A stretch of DNA of 64,000 nt from Phoronis australis (lineage: Eukaryota; Animalia; Phoronida): NCBI GenBank assembly GCA_002633005.1, contig NMRA01000192.1:146512-210511 (forward strand). Direction: 5' to 3'. The position numbers and the translations under genes were made by a program. This document shows, piece by piece, positions 37,991 to 53,225 of this stretch (the stretch's first letter is position 1; every line of letters starts with the position of its first letter). The notes beneath the pieces are model-generated. The model had not been told where the DNA came from. It saw nothing but the letters and a program-made list of their open reading frames with translations, and made no database searches.

Positions 37991-39786
37991 AAGAAAAACA
38001 GTGCATACCCACTCATTTTCAACATAGTGGATTGAAAAATGGGGACTCATTTGCAGATTGATTCTGTGAAACTTTCACGCTTTGCGAAAGCGGTGTTCCA
38101 GAAAAAAAACATTTTACCGAAGAAAACGCTTTTTGAGAAAATAACTCACTAAAGGTACCATTTCGGGGAATAACTGCCGTAAAAATGAATCCGGGTCACG
38201 TCCAATAAACCTCGCGTACCCCAAATACTCTGTACCTGTTACGCTGGGTTACATCTGTCCTGGAATCGACTGAACGTAGAGTACCCCCACTCAACAGTTA
38301 TCGGAATTTTAATAATTCCACTTTCTACCATCGTTGTTTCTACTTTCATTCATGTAAATATTGTCAGTCTTACTGAGCTTCTTGTTTTTTAAAATACAAA
38401 TAAGATTTGGGCTTCACTTGGCGAAGTGGTCAGTTTAAATTCTCTTAATCTGAAGTGTCAGAATTCGGCAACCGTGATAAAAATCATGTCTTTTACCGCA
38501 GCAAAAGTTTTCTGTCTGTTCAGTCTATCGACCACCGACAACCGGGGCTTCTTAGGCGTGAGTTTTTGCATTCACAGAGTGATTCTATGCTTCAAATGTA
38601 GGACTTCATTATTATTTGACACGATATCGTCGAAAACAGGATTGTTCTNAGCAGGTCCTCACACTTGCTGTTTATCACCTATCTCTTGGATCTGAATGTA
38701 TAAACACTGAAGTGAATTGAAGAAGCGAAAGAAATTACAGTTTAGAGCCAATCATAGAAAAAAAGAAACACAAGTTATGAGTAGGCCCTAAGTAATGAAA
38801 CACATGCAGGACAATTTCGGTTATAGTTTGATAGGTGGGTCCCACACTCAAAATTCATTTGAGAACCAGTTACTACTACTGAATAACGGGCGTAATTCAT
38901 TGGGAGTAACTCAGTAACTGGCTCCTGCTAAAATCAAGTACTAGTTAACTAGTACCCATCATCCCGGCCATATGTAACGGATTACCACAATTTTGCTTTG
39001 AGTAATCAAATAAAACCTTGAAACTTAAAGGTAAGACAAGTTCAAATCACTCTGCCAACATCAATGGTTGACAGGCAGCATTTTCACAAAAAGAATTCTT
39101 TGTATCACTCGTATATCTCACCTGTCTTTATCAGTAGTGGGACTGCAAGTCCCGGTTTTTCTGCAGCGCAAAAAGCTCCTCTGATCCTCTTTTTAGGGAC
39201 TGCAGCCGGCATATCTTGTTTTGTAGTTACTTGACACAGCACTACCCTCAGAGGTATTAACTATGGGAAATCTATATGAACTACACGATCAGATAAAATA
39301 TCTTGTCTCTGCGACCGCTGACCACGAGTATCAGCCATATTCCTTTTTTCCCACACACACCCGCTAGACGTCTCTACGGTCCATGGAACAACAATGGCCG
39401 CCAGTGGCCGTCCAATAGGATTTCGCTAGCTGAAACGTCTCCCTCTCTACGGTCTCTGGCTTGAACAATGTATCAAAATGTCCCAGGGTTGATCAAGTTT
39501 TGTAAGGCCAAAACAATAAAATACAGAGCGATAATTGATGCTGGGTTCTTAGCGTTTTACGTGAACAACCTCATTTTAAATGTAATCAAGTTACAAAAAC
39601 ATTCGTTTAAAAAGTGTAGAATGTCCAACATTGGGGCATTCAGAACAAAAAATGAAAAAGACCATCCTAGAGATTTTTTAAATTTTTCACATAACCAAAA
39701 TATATCTACAAACATATATTTCAATGTCCACAGCCCTACAAACTGTCTCGTAGAAGCACTTGAGTGGCACCCACTTTCAACACTAT

Positions 39787-41153
39787 AGACCTAATTCACG
39801 CGGCGGACATTAAAAACCAAAGCGAGGCTCACTGCGATAAACAAAGCGGAAGTCGACTTTGCGTGAGTTAAATGGCCGGTCTTTCGAATCCAACCTGGAT
39901 ATTAGATCTCAAAAATGTGTCGATAACTAACCACAGAGACGTAGAAAAATACTTCACAGAACAAGTTGATGCACCAAAGAATTGTTTGACGAAAGGATGT
40001 AAGTTTTTTTTCGAAATATAAAAAGTAAATATGACCAAATTGCGGCGATCGTAATGTTACGGATTAGGTATTATGGTGAATGCAGGGTTATGTTTCTCCT
40101 TGTAAGTTGTTGATAATGCTTTCCACATGAACCAGGTCATCTGCTCATCTTGTTGACGAGTTGAAGATATATCCGACAGTGGTGGCTCATCGCCATTTTG
40201 CTGTCATGTGCACCTGGTTTCATTTGTTGATCAAAAATATTAACAGCAAGCCGCCTAGGTCGTGATGAAGTAGGGACTACCGGAACTAACAGTTGATTTG
40301 TCATTGATCTGAAGGAATAATTGATGTTATTGAATGTATTTTTGTTAACATAAAAACCAGGCTCGTAATTGAAAATACAAATTATTTGACCATCAATTCT
40401 GTTTTCTTGATTTTAATAATTCTTACGTCTATTTCATGTGTTAGGATTCAAATATCAATCTGGAAAAAGTTGAATTTTAAAATTAAAACACCTAATTCGT
40501 TCGTCGAAAGCATAACCTCGTTTTAGAACTCAATTTCAGTTAACTGGACAGACCAAGCATAGTTGTATCATGTTTCTTTCGGGGCCTCGTTCATCAGAAG
40601 AGAAAGGTGCCTGTGCCCTCTGAGAGGGGAATTTTTTCGCCGAGTGAGGGGAAACTCTACCTCCCGATCACCATCTATAGCACCCCCGCCCTCACTGGCT
40701 CTGTCTCAAGTAGCATTTTGTGCTCTTTCAAATTGTCACCTGTGTGGTTACAGGCGATTTGAACTTCGCTGGAGAGAAATTTTCAAGGCACTTGGGGAAT
40801 TTCTAGGCCTCTTGGGGGAATTGCGTGTGATCTTTTAATATTTTTGAGAGGGGAATAGGGCCTGGCTGGCCGAAGATTCTCCGGTCGTTGAAATGAAGCT
40901 CGGCAACCGAGATGCGACAAAATATGACCTAACGTTTCGAAAACATAAATTTTACAGTGACATATTTTCCTTCGTCGCGGCGTATGGCAACGACTCAACG
41001 CTTCCGAATCTCAACGTCCTTAGGGATTGTAAAACAGACAGTTGAATGTCCGTATTTTTCTAAGCCGTTCGAGCAACTCTGCCGATAAGCCAACGGAGCT
41101 ATCGTAGCGAGCCTCGTTTTGGAACGCGCCTCCTGTCGGCGTGAATTAGGTCT
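39787..41153. mobile_element. Internally deleted ISL2EU/Harbinger-like DNA transposon
   Basis: AT|AGACCTAATTCACGC...GCGTGAATTAGGTCT|AT. + ORF remnant from 39872 (MAGLSNPTWILDLKNV...DVEKYF...KGCKFFFE). Convergent THAP remnant on - at ~41080-40845 (CSNG...FTIPKDVEIRKR*VVAIRRDEGK). Confidence 0.7.
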
Positions 41154-44100
41154 ATAAAAAGTGTTTCCGGATTTATGTCCCCTCTCACGTGATGAATGCA
41201 GCGAAATTATCAGTTGTATCAATTTTATTTGGTAGTCCTCATGTCCCACTTCGTAATCCCATTATGTGTTTTCTCTCATTGCATGCAACCTATCTGTTTC
41301 TTATGTAGGAAAATTGATGTTTTCGGTATGCAAAAACGTATCATTTTCTTCCTAAGCCTTTGAAGGCCTACACGTAAAAAACTAAGAGGTCAATAAGTGC
41401 AAAATTGGTGATTTTTGTACCAGAGCCACACCACGATCACATGCACAAAGTTTGAGCTGAATCTGAAAGATGATCCCCTAGAGCGATTTTGTTTTATTTC
41501 TATTGATTTTCTTGTGGAATGGCTCTTAAATATCTATTCTCCGTGATTCTTGTGACCATAACTTATTTTAATTAGCGCTGCAGATGACAGGTGAAATTAC
41601 ATACTTTTTATCCAATTGGATCTTTGACCATTCCGCTGTCTACCACGTAAACACATTATATAGTGATTTGCGTCGTACCTACATCATTCAATAATAGTTT
41701 ATAAAGCGATTAATTTATCATGATCTTCAAAAACTTTCGACTGATGACCTATTGCAAAGAGACAAGCTAGAATTACGGATAACTGTTTCGTATTATGTGT
41801 GTTTTACGTTGATTATTTTCCTGATTAATGTAATAATTTACACTTTGCAATACGCACCCTGGTCCATTAAACAAGATATTTTTAGAAGTGAAATGAAAAG
41901 TACATATAATTAGCTACCAGCGTATGACAAATATTGACGCAAAACACTTCACATGCAAAACATTTCCAAAATGGTGTATCAGATAAGGTGGCGGTCAGTA
42001 CCGGTCAAAAATGCTTAAAAATACAATGCAATCCTTAGATCCGACCGTAGAACTGTAGACTTAGAATGCCACATGTATTCTTTTTTAGAGCTTGCGATCC
42101 AGAAAAGAAGCTGCGAGAGTTTGCATTGTAAATTTCGGGTTGTCTGCTCGACTGAGTTTTGATCGAGAGTTGTTCATTTTTTCCGGTGGCCTACGGTAAC
42201 ATCATGGCATTGCATAGCAATGACTGAGAAATCTTCCGCCATTTCAGGTAGCCCTCAAACATACCAAAATTGCAAGAAAATAAAATGATTGGATGGTATG
42301 TCCTCTGGACCACATTTGTAGAATCTGAAATAAATTTTCAGTCGTCGCTTTAAATATAAAACGTTGTGCATACGCTAAATCTTGTCAACAGCCCTCCTTA
42401 AGAAATATACATAGGAACGGACTATTAGCAGTTTAAATTAGGGGAGAGAAGTACATAATTTGCCGATAGCCTATTGCAGTGTATGTGATTTGTTACTGCC
42501 AAATACCAGCGTTATTGGTGAACAATTTTCCACGTCCCTCGAGATTTCACTGAAAATGGATAAACGGATCCGCGTTCAGTTGTGTAAGAAAAAATTGTTA
42601 CCGGTCGGTTTTTGGAAGTTGCATTCCCTTGGGGAGAGCTCATAATTGGTAGGAAGTTCATTTTCCAATTCGGGGTGATGCTGGGAACATTTTTAAGAGA
42701 AAAGCTGCGAACTCAGCAGCGATTTGTTTCATTCCTTGAGTAATTTGCAAGGTGATAATGTTTACTACGGTATCAGATTTTGTTGCCTAGAGATGAAAAC
42801 AAACGGGCAGAATTAAGATATTCAATTCCAAAGACCCATGGTGTACATAATAGGCTTCTAATAGCTCCATCCTCTTTCATCTTATTTCACTGTTACGTAG
42901 GAATAAATTCCGTTCAGTACGTACTGGCAAACATGTGAAGATTTGTGAAAAAACGCTTTGCCAGCTCGCTTCTATAAGGCTAGCACCAAGGAGTGTACGA
43001 AGAATAGGAGAGTTCACTCCGCCATCTTGCCATTCACCGCAATGGTTATCGGTCGAAAAACTAGCGCCCCATGTGGCGAATAAGCAACATTAATTTAGCG
43101 GTGCAGTCCGAATCATGTAAACACTGATAAATTCAACTTTCATGATGTTCGGCGTGCAATACAATTACTGTGTGATTGAAAATTTGTAAAACACGTAAAC
43201 TAACATCCACTTATAATCGAATGAGAATGAAAATGTGTGTTTTAATCAGTATTAAAGTGTATTTGCTTTCATTCTCTTGAAGCTCCCTTCAAAAGCAGCC
43301 ATCAAGGTTTTGATTCATGTTTGAGTTTTTATAATAAAGCAAATTACCGTTCCTCGTAACATTTCATACCTTTATAATTTTAGTGATTGCTCCTGGGGGT
43401 TCAAGGGGGTTGCCGCCAGGTGCCAGCAAAAGGGTACAAGGGAGAAGTGCAAACCAGGTGGGCGCCAAGCGGGTGTTGATCGCCTCTCAGGGGGGCACAT
43501 GGGAGGAGTGCTTAACTGGATCCTTATGAAACGACAAAATGATACGTCTGGGGTTTTCGTGGATTAACAGTACAAAATGCCCTCTTCCCCATTGTTCTCG
43601 CGTTTCCTACTTGACCGTTGCTTATTCACCACTTGGCGGCGGTAGTAGTAGCGGACGCATCCAGTGATGTGTACAGCACCAGACAAAATCTTATGCGACC
43701 TATACAGTGCCCCTTAAATCACTTTAGTGTTGTCCGTTTTGCTAGTAGTCTACGTAGTTCCAGTCGTCTAGTACGTCACATGCCTAGAGCTTAATATCGA
43801 AACACCCGTCTTTCACTCACGTGATCACTGCACAACTCACAACATCGATTAACTATTGCCACTTGTGTTTTAACTAAATTGTCACCATCAATTTAACTAT
43901 TGTCACCAGCCATTTAGCTTTATCTTCATGAGACACTTTTTCACAAGAGCAACGCCCGTAACCATGTATTGAAACGATGGTGCGAAATATGAAATTGGTA
44001 GACCTCTGACTCAGTCCCGCGGGACATTTTATTCCTACTATAATGGGTAACAAATTTCCCACCTCCCCGCGGTCGATAACAATTTTCCACCCTCCTCCAA

Positions 44101-47100
44101 TAACCTTACCACCGCCGATTTTACACCACCCTTCCTCGGTCGCCACCTGTTTTTTAGCCTAATGCATTTGAAGGCAGAGCTCATGCGTGCCGTGGCAGAA
44201 CGGAGATTTCCATGCTGCAAAAAGGGACTTCTATTTTATACGGATGTTCCATATAAAAATGCGTTCATGCTTCAACGAAATTCATGGCGCCTTCCGTATG
44301 CAGGTTCGAAGGCTAATGTGTAAGGACGTCCCTTTGCTGAATGGTACAATGTTATTGTATCTTTGACTATAGTAGTAGGGTGTGGTCGACTACTTGACAA
44401 GCATTCTTTCCAAAGTAAAAATATCCTTGTGAAATGAACCAAAATTCTCTTCGACAGTAGTTTCATCTATGTTTTTCACCATTCACCGACAAAATATGCA
44501 ATGTGTATTGCTTGTGAGGCAAAAAATCCGATTCGTTTTAAATTCCCACCACAGTCTGCACAACGAAGGTAAATAAAGAAGCATTCAGCTCCTGCAGTAC
44601 ATGTATTGCTGCAGTTCAAGCCTAGAGACTAAAGGCTGTGTTTACTATGCGCATGTGACTGCCTTATTATGGACCGGGGGTTCTCGACTATATTTTGACG
44701 AGGGACTGTTGGAAAATCGGGATACCTACCTACTTACAGGATGGATTCGAAAAAAAGGTTTCATTTAAGCGCACAATTTCTTAAGATTTTTATCATCAAA
44801 AAAACGACGCTTTTGATGGGGGTTAATTTCAGAAACTTGGCCCATTCGTATGGGTTCTTGGAGGGCTGAATTTTTAAACCAAAAAACTGAAACATTTTAA
44901 TAAGAGATGTTGGAAAAATACGTACATTTTCGAAAAGGTAAACATAAAGATATTATTAAAACCTTCTGTTGCTTTGGGTATTAAGAAAAAAGGAGATTCG
45001 AGCTCCCAAAGTGCGACATGTTTCATACACGCGTTCTTTTTTTCGGAGAGGCACCACCGTTTCGTAGAGATTTTTTTTTCAGAAAGTGCATTTTTGTTGG
45101 GGAAACAAGTAGTGAAAAAGTCACCATCCGGGCAGCACGTCCCTCATTGCACTTCTAGATTGGAGTACCCCACGGGGTTATTGTCCCAAGGGTTCCTTGA
45201 CCTTATAATCACTTGGGAATACGGCTGCTTCACCGGTTCTACCCGGATTTTTGACAACCCTGGATAACCCTTGATATTGTAATGAAAACTGATAAGCTCA
45301 GCATACTAAAAACAGGTACTTTGTGTGCAGTCTGCTTTCAACCAAAAATTCAGCATTATTGAATGCCAAATTTTCCACTCCTCGAGGTTATCATTGAATT
45401 GATTGAGCCTAGGAGATAACGTCGTCAGGAGGAACATTTGCTATTATCAACAAGCATTCCGTCAAAAGAAACGAAGTTTTGATTGAAATCAATTATCTCT
45501 TTAATATTTGGACTTTTTTTACCCACAGTCTAAACGGAGACTTGCGACCAACCCCACGTTTTAGAGTAAGTCTTCGTTTAGATTCTAAGTTAAAAGACGT
45601 TGTACGCGATAGCTCTGACATGAAGCAAAATTAAGTCTATCCTGTAATTAGCGTTGCTGGTTTATGATTTGAGGCATGTGCTGGGGGGACAACAAATTTG
45701 AAGCAGCCCACGACTCCCAACTACAATTGACTGAACCGATTACTCTAATCGTTTCAAACGTTCAAAGAACTTTTATGTATCGCAACACTCTACACTCGTT
45801 CTCTCTATCTGTTTACCAACTGAAATTCGTACAATCCAATAGTCCAGTAGCCAGAAATGGTTGCCTAGAAATATTTATTAGTTTAAGGTTTTTGTTTGTT
45901 TCATGTCTAGGTAGCCCCTCTGAAGCGTTTTAGTTGGGTTGTAATCTTGACAACTTTGAGCATTTTTCAAAAATGCAAATTATTCAAGATTCCGTTTTTG
46001 CTTATAACTTCCTAATGAGGTGCTGCAGGTTAATTATTTTGATGTTTTCACTCATAGGTCGTGTTTGTATGGCCAGTGAACATGATGGAGCTACTTTAAG
46101 GTAAATGCATTGAGAATTTGCCTAAATTATGCAAACTGAGGCACGCATTCTTGAAAATTGTACTTGTGTTTAATGTTGCGATATCAGACACCACAAGTAA
46201 ATGATATTGATATCTGCACCCATATTTCTGTGGTCCATTAATTAAATGAAAGCAGGTTGTTGCACGATAAATTTTCAAAACTTATATAAATAAAGTCGTC
46301 ATTATTTAAAATAACATTTTTGTTGATAGATTTCTTCGGATATTACATATACATTATTTTGAGTTTGTAGGTCATTATATCATAAATTTACATTATCTAT
46401 GTGACTTGTGACCACCGAGAGTAATGAGTCTCATCGCGTTGGCTTCATGACTCTGAATGGTTTGACTAAGGTCGATAGACATTATATGACTGTACCAACA
46501 AGCCGAAACAAGATCTAAAATCATTTTAAGAAGTGAAAGCAATGACACCATGTACCAAGATATTCATTATGCATATCTTTTACTTTCATATGTGATTTAC
46601 GTTACAGTTTCAGCATCAAGCTTGACAAACTTGAAAGACTTGCTTGGACACTTTCCAAAGCCGACAAGTGATACACAACCTGACATATTTCAAGTACTGG
46701 TTTTTATAAGTTTACCAAACGTTTATTTGTGGAAAAGTTACGATATTTGTCAGAAGGATTTATAGATATCAGTTCAGTTTGCCTGACGTACATGTTTTCA
46801 ATTATACTGCTCAGTGCATAACCATTGTTAGCTGGCTGAAAAAACTAAATTCGAAACAGGCCTTTTATTCTCATCGAATCTAACCCATAAAATTCTTTAC
46901 CGTGAAAGGGTTCTATTTCCGCATTGCCAGAGACTTGAGTTGATAACGGAAGTGTCATGCTATAACATTAAAAAATATTATGAGAATAAAAAAACACAAA
47001 TCGGTTTTCGTTTTTAGCCAGCTATGAAGGTCGAAATTAAACTTTAATCTCGCAAGCATATTTTTGTTTCTAACAATTGAAACTTGTAATAAAAGTAAGA

Positions 47101-48213
47101 ATTGAAAACTTTTCACAGGTTTAAAACAAACAAAATTCGAACCCCGATATCAGATTGTGTGCTTCTGTGCGTCGGCAGGATGCAAATTAGAGTAGTGGTT
47201 TGAATGTTCAGAGCTTTCTCTTCCGGTTGTGGCTAAGTGTTTCACATTCCATTGACGTTTATGAGCAGTAGCACGACTTAGGCATTTCAATGGCGAGTTT
47301 TCAAAAATCAACCAAAAAACCTTGCAACTCCATATGAAAAAAATGGGATACCTGGATTGGAAAAAGCGGAACATCCGCAGATGAATCGGGGTGTATGTGA
47401 AAACGCAAAATGGGAGTACCGGGCAAACATTCGAAAAGCGGGACTGTCCCACCAAATACGGGACAGCTGGCAAGCACAATGTCATGACCCCGTGCCTTAC
47501 TGGTCTAAGCCCATGGATTTGTAAATGAACCTAAAATGTAGCATGTTGTATTATAAGATAACCAATTACAGACAATGAGAACTTTTATTACCTATATTAG
47601 ACTACTGGTAATCTTGTTCAAGAACACATGCGTAAACAACAAAGAAATTAAAAAAAAGAAAATATTAAGAACTGTAAAACTTTAAAACAGATGAAAATTG
47701 GTAAAATCTTATTGCACCTGTAAAATTATGACAGAGTTGAATAGAAACGTGTTTTTAGATTTTATATTGTATTATACTACATCGTATTGGTAATGTTAGA
47801 ATAGAAATTTAAAAAATGTAACAGTTTTGTGTAGATATTTAAATTAATGGCATTACATTATCGGGCATTGTTATACTGATGCTGTCAGAATGAAAACGTT
47901 CTTGAAATTAAGTAGTTTCAAATTTAGCGTTGCAGTTTAGGTTTTCGCAGAAGAAACATACAATAAGTGACGCTCACTGGTATGATCAACGTAAATGAAA
48001 AATTCATTATGGTTCACAAAAATTGTGCTCACTGAAAATTGAAAATCATCGTAACTACAAATGTTATTAAACAGTCAACTTTTATCGTTCTTGTTTCAAC
48101 AAACTCACCTTAAATATCTGCGACAGCCCCCTTTCAGTGCGTAACGGAATCCCACACTACTCACAAGCCATCATGTCCAGAAGTCATCTTGCTTGTACCA
48201 GTTTACTGGTCGT

Positions 48214-48678
48214 AATAGCGGATTTTCCATATTGACGCTCTCTAGAATACTGAGAGCACGAAAGCGACTTCCGCTTGATCTCCACTATGATTCGGTGGAC
48301 AGAAATTCAATTACTACATAGGTTCATTAATTTAAAACGAAAAAATAAATCCTACTGTCAGTCTCTCCAATTGTTTCATTACGTTTTAACCCAAACTTAA
48401 AAGTTCATTCGTTTATTTTAGCTTTTCGACATAGACCGTGATTAAAATTCTCCCGCTGTATCAGTCACAGCCGATGGTGGCCATTCTTCGCAATCGGAAA
48501 TGTTTGTCATCCGTGGATATTTCACGAGGTTTGTCTTTAGAAAGATATTAAAACGCTGTTTACATCAGTGGGTTGAAACCTCCCGTCAGTGGGATCTGTA
48601 GGTGGCGCTGAACCCCTGCCCACCAAAGACCGAATCGTTGTCTGTTGGGATAGTGAATTTCAAAATAGCGCGACTATT
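48214..48678 (-). repeat. ~500-bp interspersed repeat, copy 2
   Basis: Shares blocks such as ctactgtcag-ctccaattgttt, cagaaattca-ttactac and ccaccaaagacc with the reverse complement of 28137-28694. Confidence 0.6.
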
Positions 48679-51600
48679 TCGAAAATCAGCTATTGAATTA
48701 TCCGCCGTAATGACTTCACTGCTAACATTTTCAAGATGTTAGCTCCTCTAAAATCCAGCTACGGTCCCCTTAACTCCATTCCGTGGTACTGCAAATCCCT
48801 AGACTCACACCCTAAACTCCACACGCACACCAAAAATGATCCATACGCGCGATGAGCTAACTCCATTCCCAGGGACTACATTCCATGGTGGTACCCCAAC
48901 TTCGCAGCTAGACTTTTGAATCTTGTCCCCGGGACTGGATTTCTGTATGCATTTTGGCACTTGTGTGGAATTCAGGGATTTTTTGGGGGTTGTTGGTACG
49001 GGTTGGCATTTTGGGGGATTCTAACTGGAATACAGAGGTGTTTCCATGGATAGTGTTCACACCTGTTGATAGCAATATACAAAGTAATTAAATAAACATT
49101 GTTCTTTGTAATCAGTTGCAACTGTTTAAATAACGTACATACTCTAGCTGTAATTATGACAGCAAGAAATGTGCTAATAACGTTATTTATATCACTAGGT
49201 TGAAACCTCCCGTCTGCATTACATAATATCTGTAGGTGGCGCTGAACGCTTATCCATCAAAGACGTGATCGCCGTCTGGTGGGATAGTGAATTTCAATAT
49301 GGCGCGGCTATTTCGAAAGTCAGATATTCGAGTATGAGGATGTAAGCTGTGTAGTTTGTCCAGGTTGTTTATACATTGTTTTGACCGTTTCAATTGCGCG
49401 CGTGGTGCGTTTACTCTCACTAAAAAGTCATTGTGATTTCGCAGTGTTAAAAGCGAGACACAGCAAAGCTTTTAAAGGGCTGCGCTTTTTCGTGTACAAC
49501 AAAGTGATATTAAAATGGCGTTCTCCAAAAATTCGGAAATGGCCCTTTAATCTTCAATCTTATTAATTTTTTGTCAAAAGGCATGACACTGTTCTTCAGT
49601 TTCTATACTTAGGATATGATTGTTGCGCCGATTGGCCAAAGGAAGCATAGTTGACTCGGGTCTGTACTCCGACTCATTATGAGACCTGCACTCATTGACT
49701 AAAAGAAAAAAATAAGAAAAACTCTCGCTCGCATCAACTTCAGACAAGGTAACGTGTTTCTGGTTTTGTTGTTTTAAGCTGAACGAAGACACGTAAACAA
49801 GGGTAAACCAAGCTTTGAAAAGTTATAAAATTCATAATTACCTGTAAAATATGCCCTGGACAATGCTCAAAAAGTCCACAGACATTTCTTTCTTTAGCCA
49901 CTCAAATGGCGATGCACCGTTTAAAAGTGATCGCCATCATGGCGGCGCCATACCTGTGGGTTGGGTTTGTTTTTCTGGCTGTGTGTGATAAATTTCTTTA
50001 TCCCACTTAGCTCCGATTCTCGTTTTTTTTCTGTGCTGTTCGCCAATATTCTTTGCCGCCCTCCTCCCGCCAGTGCAGCAAACCTGTCGCAGTACTGCCC
50101 AGGCTACGCCATTGCGTCCTCGTTTGCTTCTCAGTTTATTTTTAAAACCGTAAAGGCGTACTTTCAAATGTGGAAGCAAATCTTGAATTAACTTTTTGTC
50201 TCGATGGTCGTTGCTTCCGAATGATGCATCCCACAAGCGGCTTCTGCAGCCATGTTGTTGGAAACGACATATACCAAGCCTTTTAATTGTTCAGTCACGA
50301 ATTTTCACTGTATGCCACAGCGAGCTTATAAAAAGAGTCGTAGTTTTGTGAACCAGGTTCTGGCCTTGTTCAGTCTGGTGCAAAGTTGCGGAAGGCATGA
50401 TGGGGTCTCGTGAAACTGTGCGGACGATATTTTTCCATATATGGCATTGTGTAGCTTTGATGATAACGTGATTACCTCAGAGAGCAACGCCAAAGTTATG
50501 ACCCAATAACTGAGAAATCTTGGCAAGCGTCCGATGTGTTCGTTAACGAGTTCGGGGCTCAACAACGATGCGATTTACATTAAGCTGAATTATTTGTATT
50601 TTTCTATCCGAAACTCAAAGCATATACGGACAATATGTTCCAACGAACATTTCTGAGAATACAACGTTGACTATACATCGGAATTAGCTGCCTAATATTC
50701 AGTGCCTTTGCGCACAGGGCTACCTTAATCGCAAGTGCACGCAGGTCCAAACTTGTCTCTGGACAACTAAGTAGTTGAATTATCATCCAAGTGAAGTGCT
50801 GCGTGGTTATGGATCGTGTGCGTTACAGTCATGTCTACTTTTCGCATGCGGTCGTCGCGCGACGACGCGGTGACGGCTCCAAGATTGTATTCTGAGGGTA
50901 ACAGACTGTTTTTGTTGGCGAAATTGGATATTCTAACGGACAATTTTTGATTGCCATGAGGCAACGTGTTGGACTGTGACACCATTCTTATGTTAAGTAG
51001 TGAAATCCCTCATCACAGACCCAATACTTTCTCGGCGCAGTAACCGACTAACGTCACCTACATAAAAACGCGTGACCATACGTCTGTTTTCTAATCTTTT
51101 GAGTTACTTGTTGGGAGATACGGTGGAGGTCATATTAGCCTCGTGGGTCTTTGACCTTGGCAAGACGATCATGCGATCGACAGTTTCATCGAAACAGGTG
51201 CAAAGTCAAACACCATCTTATCACTCACCCTAGTCTCTAATCGGAAAGGCTCCGAAAGGTATGCACCACTCACTAGTTAAATTGTTGAACTTCGTTCCGT
51301 TTAGCAGGCTAAAAATGAAAAACGAATTAAACCTTTTAGTCTCACTATAAAATCGATCTCATAACACTACTTGCCCCGATAGGATTCCAATTTCATAATC
51401 ATCTCATACGTAAGTGCGCCATTTTCGTTGTTGGTTTTTGACTTTGTTGTTGTAACGGAAATAAAACATTAAAGAATATTGCAGGACCGACTTTAATTGG
51501 GACTAATGAGCTTAACTTGAGTTTCTGTTTTTACCCAGCGACACAGAGATAAACGCAGGTTTCATCTGTTACTTCATTGTTTTATCATGCTTACTCCTCA

Positions 51601-51959
51601 TACACCTGAACCTCGTAGCAACGAACATAGTCTAAAACTTTCGTTGTCATAGAGGTTCGCTGGTCACCAAACCAACACTTTAGAGAACATTGAAACCGTA
51701 AAGTACCAGGAGATCTGGCTTTAACGGATGGAACTACATAGGATGTACACCTTCAGTAAAACTCGTGCTCTTAAGTCGGAGGTTTTTTTGCACTTGATAT
51801 TGTTTCGCAGTGCAATAGTTAGAGATTGTCCTTAATAATTAAGTCCCCCTATTTTACGTTTTCTACTTCGCGTTGTCCGTTTGCCTTCGTCAACCGTTCT
51901 CGGTTTTGTTGAGTCTGTCCAGCACCAGCATTGCATAGTGCAGCACCAGCAATGCATAG

Positions 51960-52692
51960 CAGTGGCGGATCTAGGATATCACAAGGGGGGGCCCAACATT
52001 TTGTCCGGCTGTAAGCATTTGCGCAAAGTAAACCACGATTGTAGATGCGCATAGCACCGAATGGGGGGAAACCCCCCTCCCGCCCAGGAAATTTTTCTGT
52101 TTTTACCTATAAAAATCAAGCATTTTCCTTGATTCCTGAAGTATTATCCAAGAAAAAAGGCAAAAAAAGAAAAAAAAAACGGTGAACGTGTCAAACAGGA
52201 AAACCTGCAAGTACCACAGACTCGAACTCACGACCTGGCGGATAGAGCGCGCGTGCGTTACCACTACACCACCACGATTTAACTGCTAATGTCATACTAA
52301 GAGACCTACTTGTTTATGGTCCACAGCGTTTGCGCGCGAAACCTACTTCTTTTTGTAATGCTTATTATATATTTTGTGCCATCGATTCTTAACAAATTTG
52401 TCGTATTTAAAATAGTCTTCAAATGCCCAAAAGACCAAATCCGTTTTTCGTGTTGGCAATAATGACGGGATTGCTTTGGAAATCGTCTTAAGATAAGGTT
52501 TGACAAAGGGAGTATTGCGAGTTTCTGAGTGATTCACTAAGGCTTCGATTAAAATTCACATCTTACCAGCAGCTTCTGTTTTTTCATCGTCACTCAGGTT
52601 CCATTTTCTTTAAAAAATGAAGTAAACTTTCTTCATTGCACAGTGGAGCAGATGACGAAAACGGAGTCGTAGTGTGCAGCGCCACTGCCGGT
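51960..52692 (+). mobile_element. Non-autonomous hAT-like element, copy 2 (ends in a gap), inserted in a minisatellite
   Basis: Same 5' terminus and body as 31727-32478. The 21-bp repeat unit occurs on both sides. Confidence 0.7.
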
Positions 52693-52975
52693 NNNNNNNN
52701 NNNNNNNNNNNNNNNNNNNNNNNNNNNNNNNNNNNNNNNNNNNNNNNNNNNNNNNNNNNNNNNNNNNNNNNNNNNNNNNNNNNNNNNNNNNNNNNNNNNN
52801 NNNNNNNNNNNNNNNNNNNNNNNNNNNNNNNNNNNNNNNNNNNNNNNNNNNNNNNNNNNNNNNNNNNNNNNNNNNNNNNNNNNNNNNNNNNNNNNNNNNN
52901 NNNNNNNNNNNNNNNNNNNNNNNNNNNNNNNNNNNNNNNNNNNNNNNNNNNNNNNNNNNNNNNNNNNNNNNNNNN

Positions 52976-53168
52976 AATGCATATTGCAGCAACAGCAGTG
53001 TATAGTGCAGCAACAGCAATGCATAGTGCAGCAGCAGCAATGCATGTTGCAGCAACAACAACGCATGGTTCAGCAACAGCAATGTATAGTGCAGCAACAG
53101 CAATGCATATTGCAGCAACAGCAATGTATAGTGCAGCAACAGCAATGCATAGTGCAGCAACAGCAACA
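52976..53168. repeat. 21-bp minisatellite (GCAGCAACAGCAATGCATAGT)n
   Basis: About 9 imperfect units after the gap, plus two more units at 51919-51960. Confidence 0.9.
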
Positions 53169-53225
53169 AAAGAACTAAAAGCGTTAGAAGCAGCAGCAAT
53201 AACAACATCAACAATAACCATACCT

